NCBI GenBank assembly: GCA_024640845.1
Contig: JAHEEE010000014.1
Span: 1,315 to 65,314, forward strand
Direction: 5' to 3'
Source: Myxococcales bacterium
GTDB lineage: Bacteria; Myxococcota_A; Polyangia; Polyangiales; Houyiibacteriaceae
Length of the DNA stretch: 64,000 nucleotides
The first letter of the stretch is position 1; each line of letters begins with the position of its first letter. This document shows, piece after piece, positions 18,229 through 26,101 of the stretch. The translations under genes were made by a program, and so were the position numbers. Under the pieces are notes generated by a model that worked only from the letters and a program-made list of their open reading frames with translations, was not told the origin of the DNA and made no database searches.

Positions 18229-18924
18229 TCAGGCCATGTCGAAGAGGATCAGCTCGCTCTCGCCGCTCGATTGAATCTCGATGGTTCCGACGTCGCTGAA
18301 CGATGCGCCGTCGCCCTCGGAGAGCTCCTCGCCACCGGCCAACACCGTTCCTAGCACCACTTGCAGCCACGCGTGCCGGTCTCTTTCGAGATCGTGTGTC
18401 ACGCCTTCGCCGTCCGCTAGGACAGACGCGAACATCGAAAGGTCCTGTTGAATCTGCACCGATCCCTCTGACCCGTTGCGCGACGCCACGAGCCGAAGCC
18501 TGCCATTCCGCTCATCACCGAAGAGCTTCTGCTCGTAGCCCGGCTCGAGTCCGTTCTCTTCAGGAAGCACCCAGATCTGCAAGAATCGAACCGGCTCTGA
18601 AGGAGAGTGATTGTACTCACTGTGTGTCACACCGGTTCCCGCTCGCATGCGCTGCACCTCGCCCGGCCGGATGATGGAGCCGGTGCCCATACTGTCCTTG
18701 TGCTCGAGTGTGCCACTGACGACGTATGAAATGATCTCCATGTCGCGGTGCGGATGGGTTGCGAACCCCGCGCCGCCAATCACGCGGTCGTCATTGATGA
18801 CCCGGAGCGACCGAAACCCCGTGTGCTCTGGGTCGTAGTAGTTGGCGAACGAAAACGTGTGGCGCGAATCGAGCCATCCGTGATTGGCATGGCCCCGCTC
18901 CTGGCTTCTTCTGACTTTGATCAA
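18229..18924 (-). CDS. Pirin-family protein (YhhW-like quercetinase)
   Basis: The TTG at 18924 lies 6 nt after GGGAGGAGAA. This gives MIKVRRSQERGHANHGWLDSRHTFSFANYYDP, 231 aa, which by recollection matches the N-terminus and length of E. coli YhhW. The track start at 19035 is probably too long. Confidence 0.85.
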   Translation of the reverse strand: MIKVRRSQERGHANHGWLDSRHTFSFANYYDPEHTGFRSLRVINDDRVIGGAGFATHPHRDMEIISYVVSGTLEHKDSMGTGSIIRPGEVQRMRAGTGVTHSEYNHSPSEPVRFLQIWVLPEENGLEPGYEQKLFGDERNGRLRLVASRNGSEGSVQIQQDLSMFASVLADGEGVTHDLERDRHAWLQVVLGTVLAGGEELSEGDGASFSDVGTIEIQSSGESELILFDMA

Positions 18925-19039
18925 GGGACTTTCTCCTCCCGCCAATATTGGGCGCTCGAGTCCGTGCACAATCCCCATCGAGCGCGAACTGAGTGAGCAC
19001 TTGCGCCCACGACGCCCGGGCGTCGAGGTGCACACGGGT

Positions 19040-19215
19040 CTCGGAAAAACGCGACAGGGGGATTCACGGGACGGGCGACTTGCAGATGCGACCTCGTAGG
19101 ACTGGCTGGGTCAGGCCGCGCAAGCCGCCCTCGGACGGCGCGCCAATCGTGGTGGCTGCTGTCGTGCGATTGGCACTTCGTACGCCCGCTCCACCCCCCA
19201 CCGCGTTTTTCCGAG
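19040..19215. repeat. 176-bp non-coding element bounded by perfect 14-bp inverted repeats
   Basis: CTCGGAAAAACGCG (19040-19053) and CGCGTTTTTCCGAG (19202-19215) are exact reverse complements, extendable to 17 of 18 bp. An internal 8-bp inverted repeat GCCAATCG/CGATTGGC lies at 19142-19149 and 19167-19174. Confidence 0.6.
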
Positions 19216-19449
19216 CCCCTCATGGACGACTCTGTGCATCAAAAGGGCTCTGACACTGTGTGCGCGCAGAAGACCCGGGTCTCAAGACATGCGCGGAAGC
19301 GCGAGCCGGAACGGCGAAGCCCGGCGCACAGCGCCGCCAAGGGCCAGCGCAGCGAAGACCGCGGAGGGAGGACTACGCGGTGGGGGTGGGCGGGTCGGAT
19401 ATTAGTAAACCAAACCAAGCAGCCAGCTCTGTCCCGTTCTCAAGCAAGT

Positions 19450-19788
19450 TTACCGCGCACCAAAATACGTTTTGAGCGCCTCATAGGCCCGTGTCAGCGA
19501 CTCGCTGAGCTCCACCGCTGTTTCGTGCCGCTCCGGGTGTCCTTCATGCTTGTCTGGGCTGTACTTCTCGCGTAGCCGCTGATAAGCGCGCTCGACCTCC
19601 AACCACGTAGCGCCCTGGCTCAGCTCGAGGTTCGCGAGGTACTGCTTCACGCGCTGCAGAGTGGGGCGGGGCTGATCAGGAGGCTGTTCGCCACGACGAC
19701 GCGCGCGCTCTTCGCGCAGCTCGTCATCGCTGAGGTTCGCCAGCTTCTTGCCGTTTGGCCCGAACGGCCCATCGCTCAGCCGAGTCAT
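19450..19788 (-). CDS. J-domain-like protein with a degenerate HPD motif (SPD)
   Basis: YLANLELSQGATWLEVERAYQRLREKYSPDKH matches J-domain helices I-II, but His of HPD is Ser. The start overlaps the pilZ stop (ATGA). Confidence 0.7.
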   Translation of the reverse strand: MTRLSDGPFGPNGKKLANLSDDELREERARRRGEQPPDQPRPTLQRVKQYLANLELSQGATWLEVERAYQRLREKYSPDKHEGHPERHETAVELSESLTRAYEALKTYFGAR

Positions 19789-20108
19789 GAGCCGGCGGCG
19801 CCGTGCAAAGTCAACAAGCGAACGAGCAAGTCTTCGGAGTACTTGGTGAGCTCGGTGAACGCGACGCCCATGCCTGGCGGATCGTCTTCGACGCGCACGA
19901 CCTTGCCGGTCCCCTCGATCGTCTCCACTTCGTCCATGATCACGGTGAACGTGAGGTGAACCTCAGTCCCGATCGCGAGCGGCTCTTTGCTGCGGATGAA
20001 AACGCCCGACCGCGAGACGTTCGTCACGTACTCGTGGACGAAGGCATCGAACGACTCGAACTCTTTGTTGATCGTGACCCGCTTGTCGCTGCGTTTGTGG
20101 TCATCCAT
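19785..20108 (-). CDS. PilZ-domain c-di-GMP receptor
   Basis: 107 aa; RSDKR (RxxxR) and NVSRSG (D/NxSxxG) motifs are present. Confidence 0.8.
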   Translation of the reverse strand: MDDHKRSDKRVTINKEFESFDAFVHEYVTNVSRSGVFIRSKEPLAIGTEVHLTFTVIMDEVETIEGTGKVVRVEDDPPGMGVAFTELTKYSEDLLVRLLTLHGAAGS

Positions 20109-20115
20109 CGAAGGG

Positions 20116-21630
20116 TCAGCCTCCCGTCAGGTCGAACTGTTCCAGATGATAGTCGTTTCGTGGATTCAATTCGATACGACGCTGGAAGCGCCGGGCCGCC
20201 TCGTCTAGAGAGGCCTTTTCCTCGCGCTCGAGCATGTCGCACACGGCCGGGTGGGCGCTGATCACGATCTTGTAGCCAGGGAGAGAGTCTCGCTCGCGGC
20301 GCATTTGCCTGAAGATTTCGTGGCAGATCGTTTCTTTGGATTGAAGGTGCCCCGTCCCATCGCAAAAGAAGCACGGCTCGTAGAGCGTGCGCCCGAGCGA
20401 CTGTCTCGTCCGCTTTCGGGTCATCTCGACCAAGCCAAGCTCGCTGATGCGAACAGCGGTCGTCTTGGCCTTGTCGTTCTTCAACGCATCCAAGAACGCC
20501 TTGAACACCTTCTCGCGATGCGCGTGCCGTTCCATGTCGATGAAGTCGAGAACGATCAGCCCTCCGATATTGCGGAACAGAAGCTGATACGAAATCTCGC
20601 GCACCGCCTCGAGATTGGTTTGCAAGATCGTCTGTTCCACGTCGCGGCCCTTGCCCGTGAATCGTCCAGTATTGACGTCGATTGCGGTCAACGCTTCTGC
20701 CTGATCGATCACGAGATGCCCCCCCGAGGGAAGGGGCACTTTACGGGAGAGCGCTCGGGTAATCTCTTCCTCGATGCCGTACTCGTCGAACAACGGCTCG
20801 TAACCCTCGTAGAGGTGCAGGTCGTTGGCGCGCTCCGGGAGGAACAACGTCAAGAACTCCTTCAGGCGCTGATACTCGTCGCGATCGTCGACGACGATCT
20901 CGCTGATGTCTTCGGTGAACAGATCGCGCGCCGACTGAATCACGATGTCCGGCTCTTCGTGCACCAACGCTGGCAGCTTCTTCACTTGCCCACGGGCGAT
21001 CTTCGTCTGTTCCCAGAGCTGCACGAGGTAGCCAATGTCGGCCTTGAGCTTCTTCTTCGTGAGTCCCTGGGCCAGGGTGCGCACCACGACGCCGCCCTCG
21101 GGGGGTTTCACCGAATCGATGACTTCCTTGAGCCGCCGCCGCTCGCGGTCGTTGCCTATTCGCTTCGAGACGCCGACATGCTCGACGGTCGGCATGAAGA
21201 CGACATACCGGCCAGGGAGCGCGACGTGGCTAGTGACGCGGGCGCCTTTGCTTCCGATCGGCCCCTTGCTGACCTGAACCATGAGCTCCTGGCCCTCTTT
21301 GAGAAGATCGCGAATCGGGGTCTTGCGAGAAGCGCGGTTGTGGCGCGCTTTGGTCTGACCCCGTTTGGCCTTGTCTTCGCCCTCGTCTTCGGCTCCCGGT
21401 GCGGCAAGGAGGTCCTCCACGTGAAGGAAAGCGGCGCGGTCGAGTCCGATGTCGATGAACGCAGCCTGCATGCCGGGGAGCACGCGGCTGACACGGCCGA
21501 GGTAGATGTTGCCGACCGGAGAGCGGTGATGGCGCCGCTCGACGTAAAGCTCGCGCAGCACCCCATCGGCGATGAGGCCAACCCGCGTCTCGCCAATGTC
21601 GACGTTGATCAGAAGAGTATTCTTCGACAT
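20116..21630 (-). CDS. rng: Ribonuclease G (Rne/Rng family)
   Basis: 504 aa; S1 domain (GNIYLGRVSRVLPGMQAAFIDIG) followed by the RNase E/G catalytic core. Confidence 0.9.
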   Translation of the reverse strand: MSKNTLLINVDIGETRVGLIADGVLRELYVERRHHRSPVGNIYLGRVSRVLPGMQAAFIDIGLDRAAFLHVEDLLAAPGAEDEGEDKAKRGQTKARHNRASRKTPIRDLLKEGQELMVQVSKGPIGSKGARVTSHVALPGRYVVFMPTVEHVGVSKRIGNDRERRRLKEVIDSVKPPEGGVVVRTLAQGLTKKKLKADIGYLVQLWEQTKIARGQVKKLPALVHEEPDIVIQSARDLFTEDISEIVVDDRDEYQRLKEFLTLFLPERANDLHLYEGYEPLFDEYGIEEEITRALSRKVPLPSGGHLVIDQAEALTAIDVNTGRFTGKGRDVEQTILQTNLEAVREISYQLLFRNIGGLIVLDFIDMERHAHREKVFKAFLDALKNDKAKTTAVRISELGLVEMTRKRTRQSLGRTLYEPCFFCDGTGHLQSKETICHEIFRQMRRERDSLPGYKIVISAHPAVCDMLEREEKASLDEAARRFQRRIELNPRNDYHLEQFDLTGG

Positions 21631-21643
21631 GTCTTCGGAAGAG

Positions 21644-22153
21644 TTAGTTCTTCTCGAAGATCTGCTCGATTTCGGCCTGCGTCGTCTCTTCGCTCTTGGA
21701 GCGCGCCACTGCGATCTCCTTCACGACCAAGTTCCGCGCCGTCTCGAGCATCTTCTTCTCGCCAAACGAGAGAGACTTCTCGACCTGAAGTCGGTAGAGG
21801 TCTCGCATGACCTCGGCGACGTCGAAGACCGAGCCAGTCTTGATTTTATCCATGAAACCCCGGTACCGGCGATTCCACGTCTGGTTGTCGAACACGACGG
21901 GCTGTTCTTCCAGGAGCGCGAAAATCTCCTTGATGTCCGTTTCAGAGATCGGAGGTCGCAGGCCCACCTTCTTCGCTTGTCCGACGGCCACGCGGATCCG
22001 ATCGTTGTTTTTCGCATCGAGTGGCCTCAGGACGTAAAATTCCATCGTCGTGGAGCCGATTTTCCGCTCCTCGATCGACACGACCTCGGTCACGCCTTGT
22101 TTGGGGTAGATGGCCTTGTCGCCAACCTTGAAATCGTATGTTCCCGCTTGCAT
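21644..22153 (-). CDS. cdnL: CarD/CdnL-family RNA-polymerase-binding regulator
   Basis: The ATG at 22153 follows GAAGGAG. FKVGDKAIYPKQGVTEV, WNRRYRGFMDKIKTGSVFDVAEVMRDLY and LSFGEKKML closely match Myxococcus CdnL as recalled. Confidence 0.9.
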   Translation of the reverse strand: MQAGTYDFKVGDKAIYPKQGVTEVVSIEERKIGSTTMEFYVLRPLDAKNNDRIRVAVGQAKKVGLRPPISETDIKEIFALLEEQPVVFDNQTWNRRYRGFMDKIKTGSVFDVAEVMRDLYRLQVEKSLSFGEKKMLETARNLVVKEIAVARSKSEETTQAEIEQIFEKN

Positions 22154-22433
22154 CGGGACTCCTTCTCTCGCCAAAAATGTCCCCGTGCCCGTTTTGGTAG
22201 GCTTAGGGTTTGAACGGGCGCTGCGTTGTGATTATTTCCGACCTCGTCGTGGCACACGTCGCGCGTCCCCGCCCTCTCGGTGAAGCTGGGTGGGACCCAG
22301 CCGGTGGGAAATGTAGTCTCGTCGCCTAACTCGGTCAACGCGATCAAAGCCCCCACCGCGAAGTCGCTACGATCTGCCTTTCCACGCTTCGATCGCGCCG
22401 CTAACCCGCCTCGTCCGCGCTTTCTTCAGCTTT

Positions 22434-22605
22434 TCAACCTGGTCTGATATACATACGTTTATCAATGATTTCAGGACGTTGAGCCTCGACGTTGCAAAAC
22501 TTTTGGCTCAAATAGTACAAAGTTATGTATAATTCATGTGCGGTTCCGCTTGACACGTGAAGTGACGTGACAATACGGTACGTGCACCTGCAATCTTGAC
22601 CCACC
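22434..22605 (+). promoter_or_regulatory. AT-rich (~40% GC) promoter island upstream of the histone-like gene
   Basis: Hand count is 48 G+C in 120 bp (22441-22560), against a roughly 63-65% genome estimate. It contains exact TATAAT (tgTATAATtc) and exact TTGACA (22550-22555) hexamers. They are not spaced as one promoter, so more than one start site is possible. Confidence 0.4.
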
Positions 22606-22620
22606 TTGGAGGAGGTCGAA

Positions 22621-22995
22621 ATGGCGACTGCAAAGAAACGAACGACAAAGAAGAGGCCGGCGAAGAAGCGTGCGGCCAAGAAGGCTGTGAAGAAGGCCGT
22701 GAAGCGCAAAGCGGTCAAGAAGGCTGTAAAGCGCCGTAAGGCGAAGAAGGCTGTAAAGAAGGCCGTGAAGCGCAGAGCAGCCAAGAAGGCTGTGAAGAAG
22801 CGCGCCACGAAGAAGCGCGCAACCAAGAAGAAGCGCGCCACGAAGAAGCGCGCAACCAAGAAGAAGCGCGCCACGAAGAAGCGTGCAACGAAGAAGCGTG
22901 CAACGAAGAAGCGTGCAACGAAGAAGCGTGCAACGAAGAAGCGCGCCACGAAGAAGCGTGCAACGAAGAAGCGCGCGACTCGCAAGAAGAAATAA
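22621..22995 (+). CDS. Histone H1-like lysine-rich repetitive DNA-binding protein
   Basis: GGAGGAGG RBS then ATG at 22621. The 124-aa product is almost entirely K/R/A/V/T, with AVKK repeats followed by 12 KK(K)RAT repeats. Confidence 0.8.
   Translation: MATAKKRTTKKRPAKKRAAKKAVKKAVKRKAVKKAVKRRKAKKAVKKAVKRRAAKKAVKKRATKKRATKKKRATKKRATKKKRATKKRATKKRATKKRATKKRATKKRATKKRATKKRATRKKK
22795..22980 (+). repeat. Coding tandem repeat, 15/18-bp unit aagaagcg(c/t)gc(c/a)ac(g/c), 12 copies
   Basis: Read directly. Four consecutive copies of aagaagcgtgcaacg are identical. Confidence 0.9.
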
Positions 22996-23027
22996 GCTTC
23001 TAGGCGGTTGGCCTTCGGGTCGACCAT

Positions 23028-23078
23028 GGGGTCACCGCAGGTGACCCCACGCCTAAGGCCCCGGTCTTTCGGGGCCTT
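23028..23078. terminator. Two GC-rich hairpins between convergent genes (bidirectional terminator candidates)
   Basis: GGGGTCACC-gca-GGTGACCCC (23028-23048) and AAGGCCCCG-gtcttt-CGGGGCCTT (23055-23078). There are no clear U-tracts. Confidence 0.45.
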
Positions 23079-23176
23079 CGCGCAGTCTGTCGTGGCGATC
23101 CCTCTTTGCTTTTGGGGGGGTGTTCGCTGCTAACGCCCTGGCCAATCGGCTAGGGCGTTGGCGTTTTGGACGATGT

Positions 23177-24502
23177 TCACGACGACTTCCGTTCGTGTTC
23201 GAGCAGGCGTTCGAGACGATCCCGTTCGACCCGAAGCGAGATCACTTTTTCGCGTTCGAGCGTGACCGCGCCAATGGCACTTCCCTTGCGCTTCCGTACG
23301 AATCGGCGGGGCGTGTAGATGACGTCGACGATCGCTTCTCCCCGCATATCACTGAAGTGGGCCGCGAGCGTAGCTGCATCGACGAGCGTCTCGGGCGAAC
23401 AGGACTTTCCCTTCGTGAGCGGCACCACCACGTGCGCGCCGTTTACCCCGCGTGCGTGCAGCCACAGGTCGTGCGGGCGGGCCACCTGAAGGGTGAGCCG
23501 ATCGTTGTCGGCAGCTCCACGGCCGACGAGCACGCGGTTCGCTTCGTCCGTAGCGAACTCGCGGTACGGCAAGCGTGCGCCCGCACGACGGCGCTGGCGT
23601 TCGCGTTCCGCGGGTGCAGTGGTCGCCACGCCGAGGGCCTCGAGCTTCGCGGCGAGCTCGCTCGGCGCGTGCTCGTTTACGTCGTCCCGAAGTCGTGTCA
23701 GATCGCCGAGCTCTCGTTCGACCGACGCCAGCCGTCTGGGCGCGACATCCAACCCTCGCTTCAGCCGTTTTGCCTTCGCGAAGAGATCCTGCGCCAGCTC
23801 GGCGGGACTTTTGCGCGGGTCGAGGTCGATCTGAATCGAGCGCGTCGGATCGTCCCAAGCCACCGCCTCGAAATGAGCTGCATCTGGCGGAATTTTCGAC
23901 GAATGGGCCAGAAGGAGGCTCGCTTGCTCCGCTAGCTCTTCGGCCTGCTTGGCTCGCTCGAGATCTCTCAAGACGGCCTCGCGCTTCTTCGCGAGGCGCT
24001 TGAGTCGCCGTTCGATCGCTCGAAGGAGTTGCTCACGCCGACTCTCTTGGTGAGAGCGAAGCACGGCCTCGCCGCGTTGTCGGAGCGAGCTCGAGCTGTA
24101 CGCGCGCAGGTGCCCGTCTTCAGACGGCGCGTCCGCGACTACGCCAGGCGACCGCAAGACGACGGAGCCGTCCTCTTCGCAGAGCCACCATCCTCCGTAG
24201 GGCTTGACCGGGGCGGCGATCAGGAAGCGTTGCGTGCCTCCTCGTCCGAGCGAGATGCGTACCGCCCGGCTGCTCCGTTCGACGCCGAGAATGGTCGCTC
24301 CCTCCGCGTGACGTCTCAGCTGCGTCGTCGAAGGTGTCGCCGTCTTGCCTCGTGGGCGGCGGTCGATCACTCCGAGATCGAGCACACCGGGGAGTGCGAC
24401 AATGATCAGCGTTGCGTTTCTTCCGTCAGCGCGAAACGAAAGGCTCAGCAACCCCGGTTCGGGTTGGTCGACCCGCGTGACTTTCGCGTTCCACGCGCTC
24501 AC
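23177..24502 (-). CDS. NFACT-family (RqcH/FbpA-like, DUF814) RNA-binding protein, 441 aa
   Basis: The C-terminal VLVGRGAADNDRLTLQVARPHDLWLHARGVNGAHVVV...AATLAAHFS aligns with B. subtilis RqcH NFACT-R (ILVGKNNRQNEYLT...DIWLHTKDIPGSHVVI...AATIAAYFS). There is a central coiled coil. The GTG at 24502 overlaps the DUF72 stop (GTGA). Confidence 0.8.
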   Translation of the reverse strand: MSAWNAKVTRVDQPEPGLLSLSFRADGRNATLIIVALPGVLDLGVIDRRPRGKTATPSTTQLRRHAEGATILGVERSSRAVRISLGRGGTQRFLIAAPVKPYGGWWLCEEDGSVVLRSPGVVADAPSEDGHLRAYSSSSLRQRGEAVLRSHQESRREQLLRAIERRLKRLAKKREAVLRDLERAKQAEELAEQASLLLAHSSKIPPDAAHFEAVAWDDPTRSIQIDLDPRKSPAELAQDLFAKAKRLKRGLDVAPRRLASVERELGDLTRLRDDVNEHAPSELAAKLEALGVATTAPAERERQRRRAGARLPYREFATDEANRVLVGRGAADNDRLTLQVARPHDLWLHARGVNGAHVVVPLTKGKSCSPETLVDAATLAAHFSDMRGEAIVDVIYTPRRFVRKRKGSAIGAVTLEREKVISLRVERDRLERLLEHERKSS

Positions 24503-25164
24503 TCGTGCCCTTCGTGCAACGTATGCAGGAGCCGGGCTTCGTGAAACGATTGTGGCGAGTCGACGGTGACGTACGCGCGGTCGGCCTCGGAAGCCCGGAG
24601 CTTGTCGACCACGTCGATGAGCTGCGCGTGGGAGAACGAGCGCCGGAGTCCCTCTGCGAGCAAGGAGCCATACACGATGCCACTTCGTGGGACCGGGTCG
24701 TCGACGGCATCGAAGCCGCCCGTGACCCCGAGCGATCGGGACATGGCCTGCACCGAGTCGGCCTCCCACAATCCGGATGGTCGCCACACGATCGTCAGAC
24801 CCTCTCGCCTTGGGAGGCGCTCGAAGTAAGCGCGCAGGCGATCCCGATCGCGCGCGCCCGTGGTCACGGTGGCCCCGGTGGCCACGACGAGGATCGATGC
24901 ACCCAACGCCTCCGAGGCCTCCGACAGCCAAGACACGCCCTCGTCGAGCGCAGCACCCGCCCGAAGTGGCCCATCAGGCGTGTTCCAGGCCGAATCGGGC
25001 GCCCGTAGGCCTAGCTCGAAGCCCTCGGGGACCCTGTCTCGCCATTGGGCGAGGGTCCCCGGTCTTGGAAGCGGGCTCTGAGGGGCGAGCTCGGCAAAAC
25101 CGAGCTCGGCCGTGTACTTGGGCCCTGGGGGACGCGCCAACAGGGCGCCGGCGAGGATCTGCAT
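24499..25164 (-). CDS. DUF72 (UPF0759, YecE-like) family protein
   Basis: 221 aa from the ATG at 25164. The family assignment comes from overall resemblance and is only moderately confident. Confidence 0.6.
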   Translation of the reverse strand: MQILAGALLARPPGPKYTAELGFAELAPQSPLPRPGTLAQWRDRVPEGFELGLRAPDSAWNTPDGPLRAGAALDEGVSWLSEASEALGASILVVATGATVTTGARDRDRLRAYFERLPRREGLTIVWRPSGLWEADSVQAMSRSLGVTGGFDAVDDPVPRSGIVYGSLLAEGLRRSFSHAQLIDVVDKLRASEADRAYVTVDSPQSFHEARLLHTLHEGHE

Positions 25165-25312
25165 GGCGCAGAGCGTAGTCGTAGCGCTCTGACAAGCAAA
25201 GCTCGTTCGAGCGGCAATTGCAGCGGGCTGCACGCATTGACTAGGGGTGATCCGATGGCCTATTACTCCCGATAGCTTTGCCTCCCAGAGGCTGGGCAAG
25301 AGGGGATAGGGC

Positions 25313-26101
25313 ATGGAGCAAGCTCGCAATTATGTCTGCACGGAGTGCGCAAGCGCGGTTCCGTCTGGGCACAAGTTCTGCGGGGCATGTGGGGCGCCGG
25401 TGCCGGCCGAAGCTCAGACACTAGACACGCAGTTCTTCGGCGCCTTGCAGATGCCGGGCAAGGCGCGGCTCATCGTGGTGCGTGGCGACGAATCCATGGG
25501 GGAGGGCCTCAGCTATCTCCTTCAGGCGACCGAGCACGTGGCCGGCCGCGAGGCAGATCAAATCCCCTTTCCGAGCGACAATTGGCTGAGCGCGAAGCAC
25601 GCAAACTTCCTCTACCGCGGCGAGAAGCTCGTCGTTCGAGACGAGGGCAGCCTCAACGGGGTCTACATCCGCATCCGCGGTTCATCGCCCATTCAGATCG
25701 GTGATCATTTCATGTGCGGACAACAGCTGTTTCGTGTCGACGCGACACCCAAGGACAGCTCCGGACCCGAGCCGGATCAGACTTATTTTTATTCCTCGCC
25801 TCGACGCCCGAGCGCATTTCGGGTGACCCAGGTGCTCGAAGGGGGGATGGATGGCATCGTCTGTTGCGCGCTGGAGCAGACCGTCGAGATCGGCCGCGAG
25901 GACTGTGACATCAATTTCCCGGACGACGTCTACCTGTCGCCTCGGCATGCGAAAATCGAAATGACGGGCGAGAGCCTCAAGTTGATCGACGAGAATTCAC
26001 AAAACGGGACCTATATTCGCATTAGAGGCGAGCGGGAGCTCGGGCATGGGGATTATCTGTTCCTCGGCCGCAATTTGCTCCGAGTGGAGGTGACGGCGTG
26101 A
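25313..26101 (+). CDS. Zinc-ribbon plus tandem FHA-domain protein
   Basis: CTECASAVPSGHKFCGACG ribbon, then two FHA units (…GRE..LSAKHA..LNGVYI… and …IGRED..LSPRHA..SQNGTYI…). Confidence 0.8.
   Translation: MEQARNYVCTECASAVPSGHKFCGACGAPVPAEAQTLDTQFFGALQMPGKARLIVVRGDESMGEGLSYLLQATEHVAGREADQIPFPSDNWLSAKHANFLYRGEKLVVRDEGSLNGVYIRIRGSSPIQIGDHFMCGQQLFRVDATPKDSSGPEPDQTYFYSSPRRPSAFRVTQVLEGGMDGIVCCALEQTVEIGREDCDINFPDDVYLSPRHAKIEMTGESLKLIDENSQNGTYIRIRGERELGHGDYLFLGRNLLRVEVTA

Noticed and set aside
18925-19449. ORFs 18921-19223 (reverse strand), 18993-19253 (plus strand) and 19222-19575 (plus strand) in the long gap upstream of the pirin gene
   Set aside because: All are Arg/Pro/Gly-rich with no RBS or domain signal, and they overlap each other. 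The region is better described as non-coding (see the inverted-repeat element finding).
20251-21810. 519-aa plus-strand ORF
   Set aside because: It is antisense to RNase G and CdnL, both strongly supported by motifs. No recognisable domain was found.
22795-22980. Short direct repeats that might be mistaken for a CRISPR array or minisatellite
   Set aside because: The repeats are contiguous 15/18-bp coding units with no spacers, and they stay in frame within the histone-like gene. This is not CRISPR architecture, and there are no cas genes in the window.
22434-23027. 197-aa reverse-strand ORF with striking (A)RFFV repeats
   Set aside because: It is the antisense reading of the Lys-rich KKRAT/AVKK repeat gene at 22621-22995. 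The sense gene has a strong RBS, an upstream AT-rich promoter island and downstream hairpins. The antisense ORF has none of these and would run into the promoter island.
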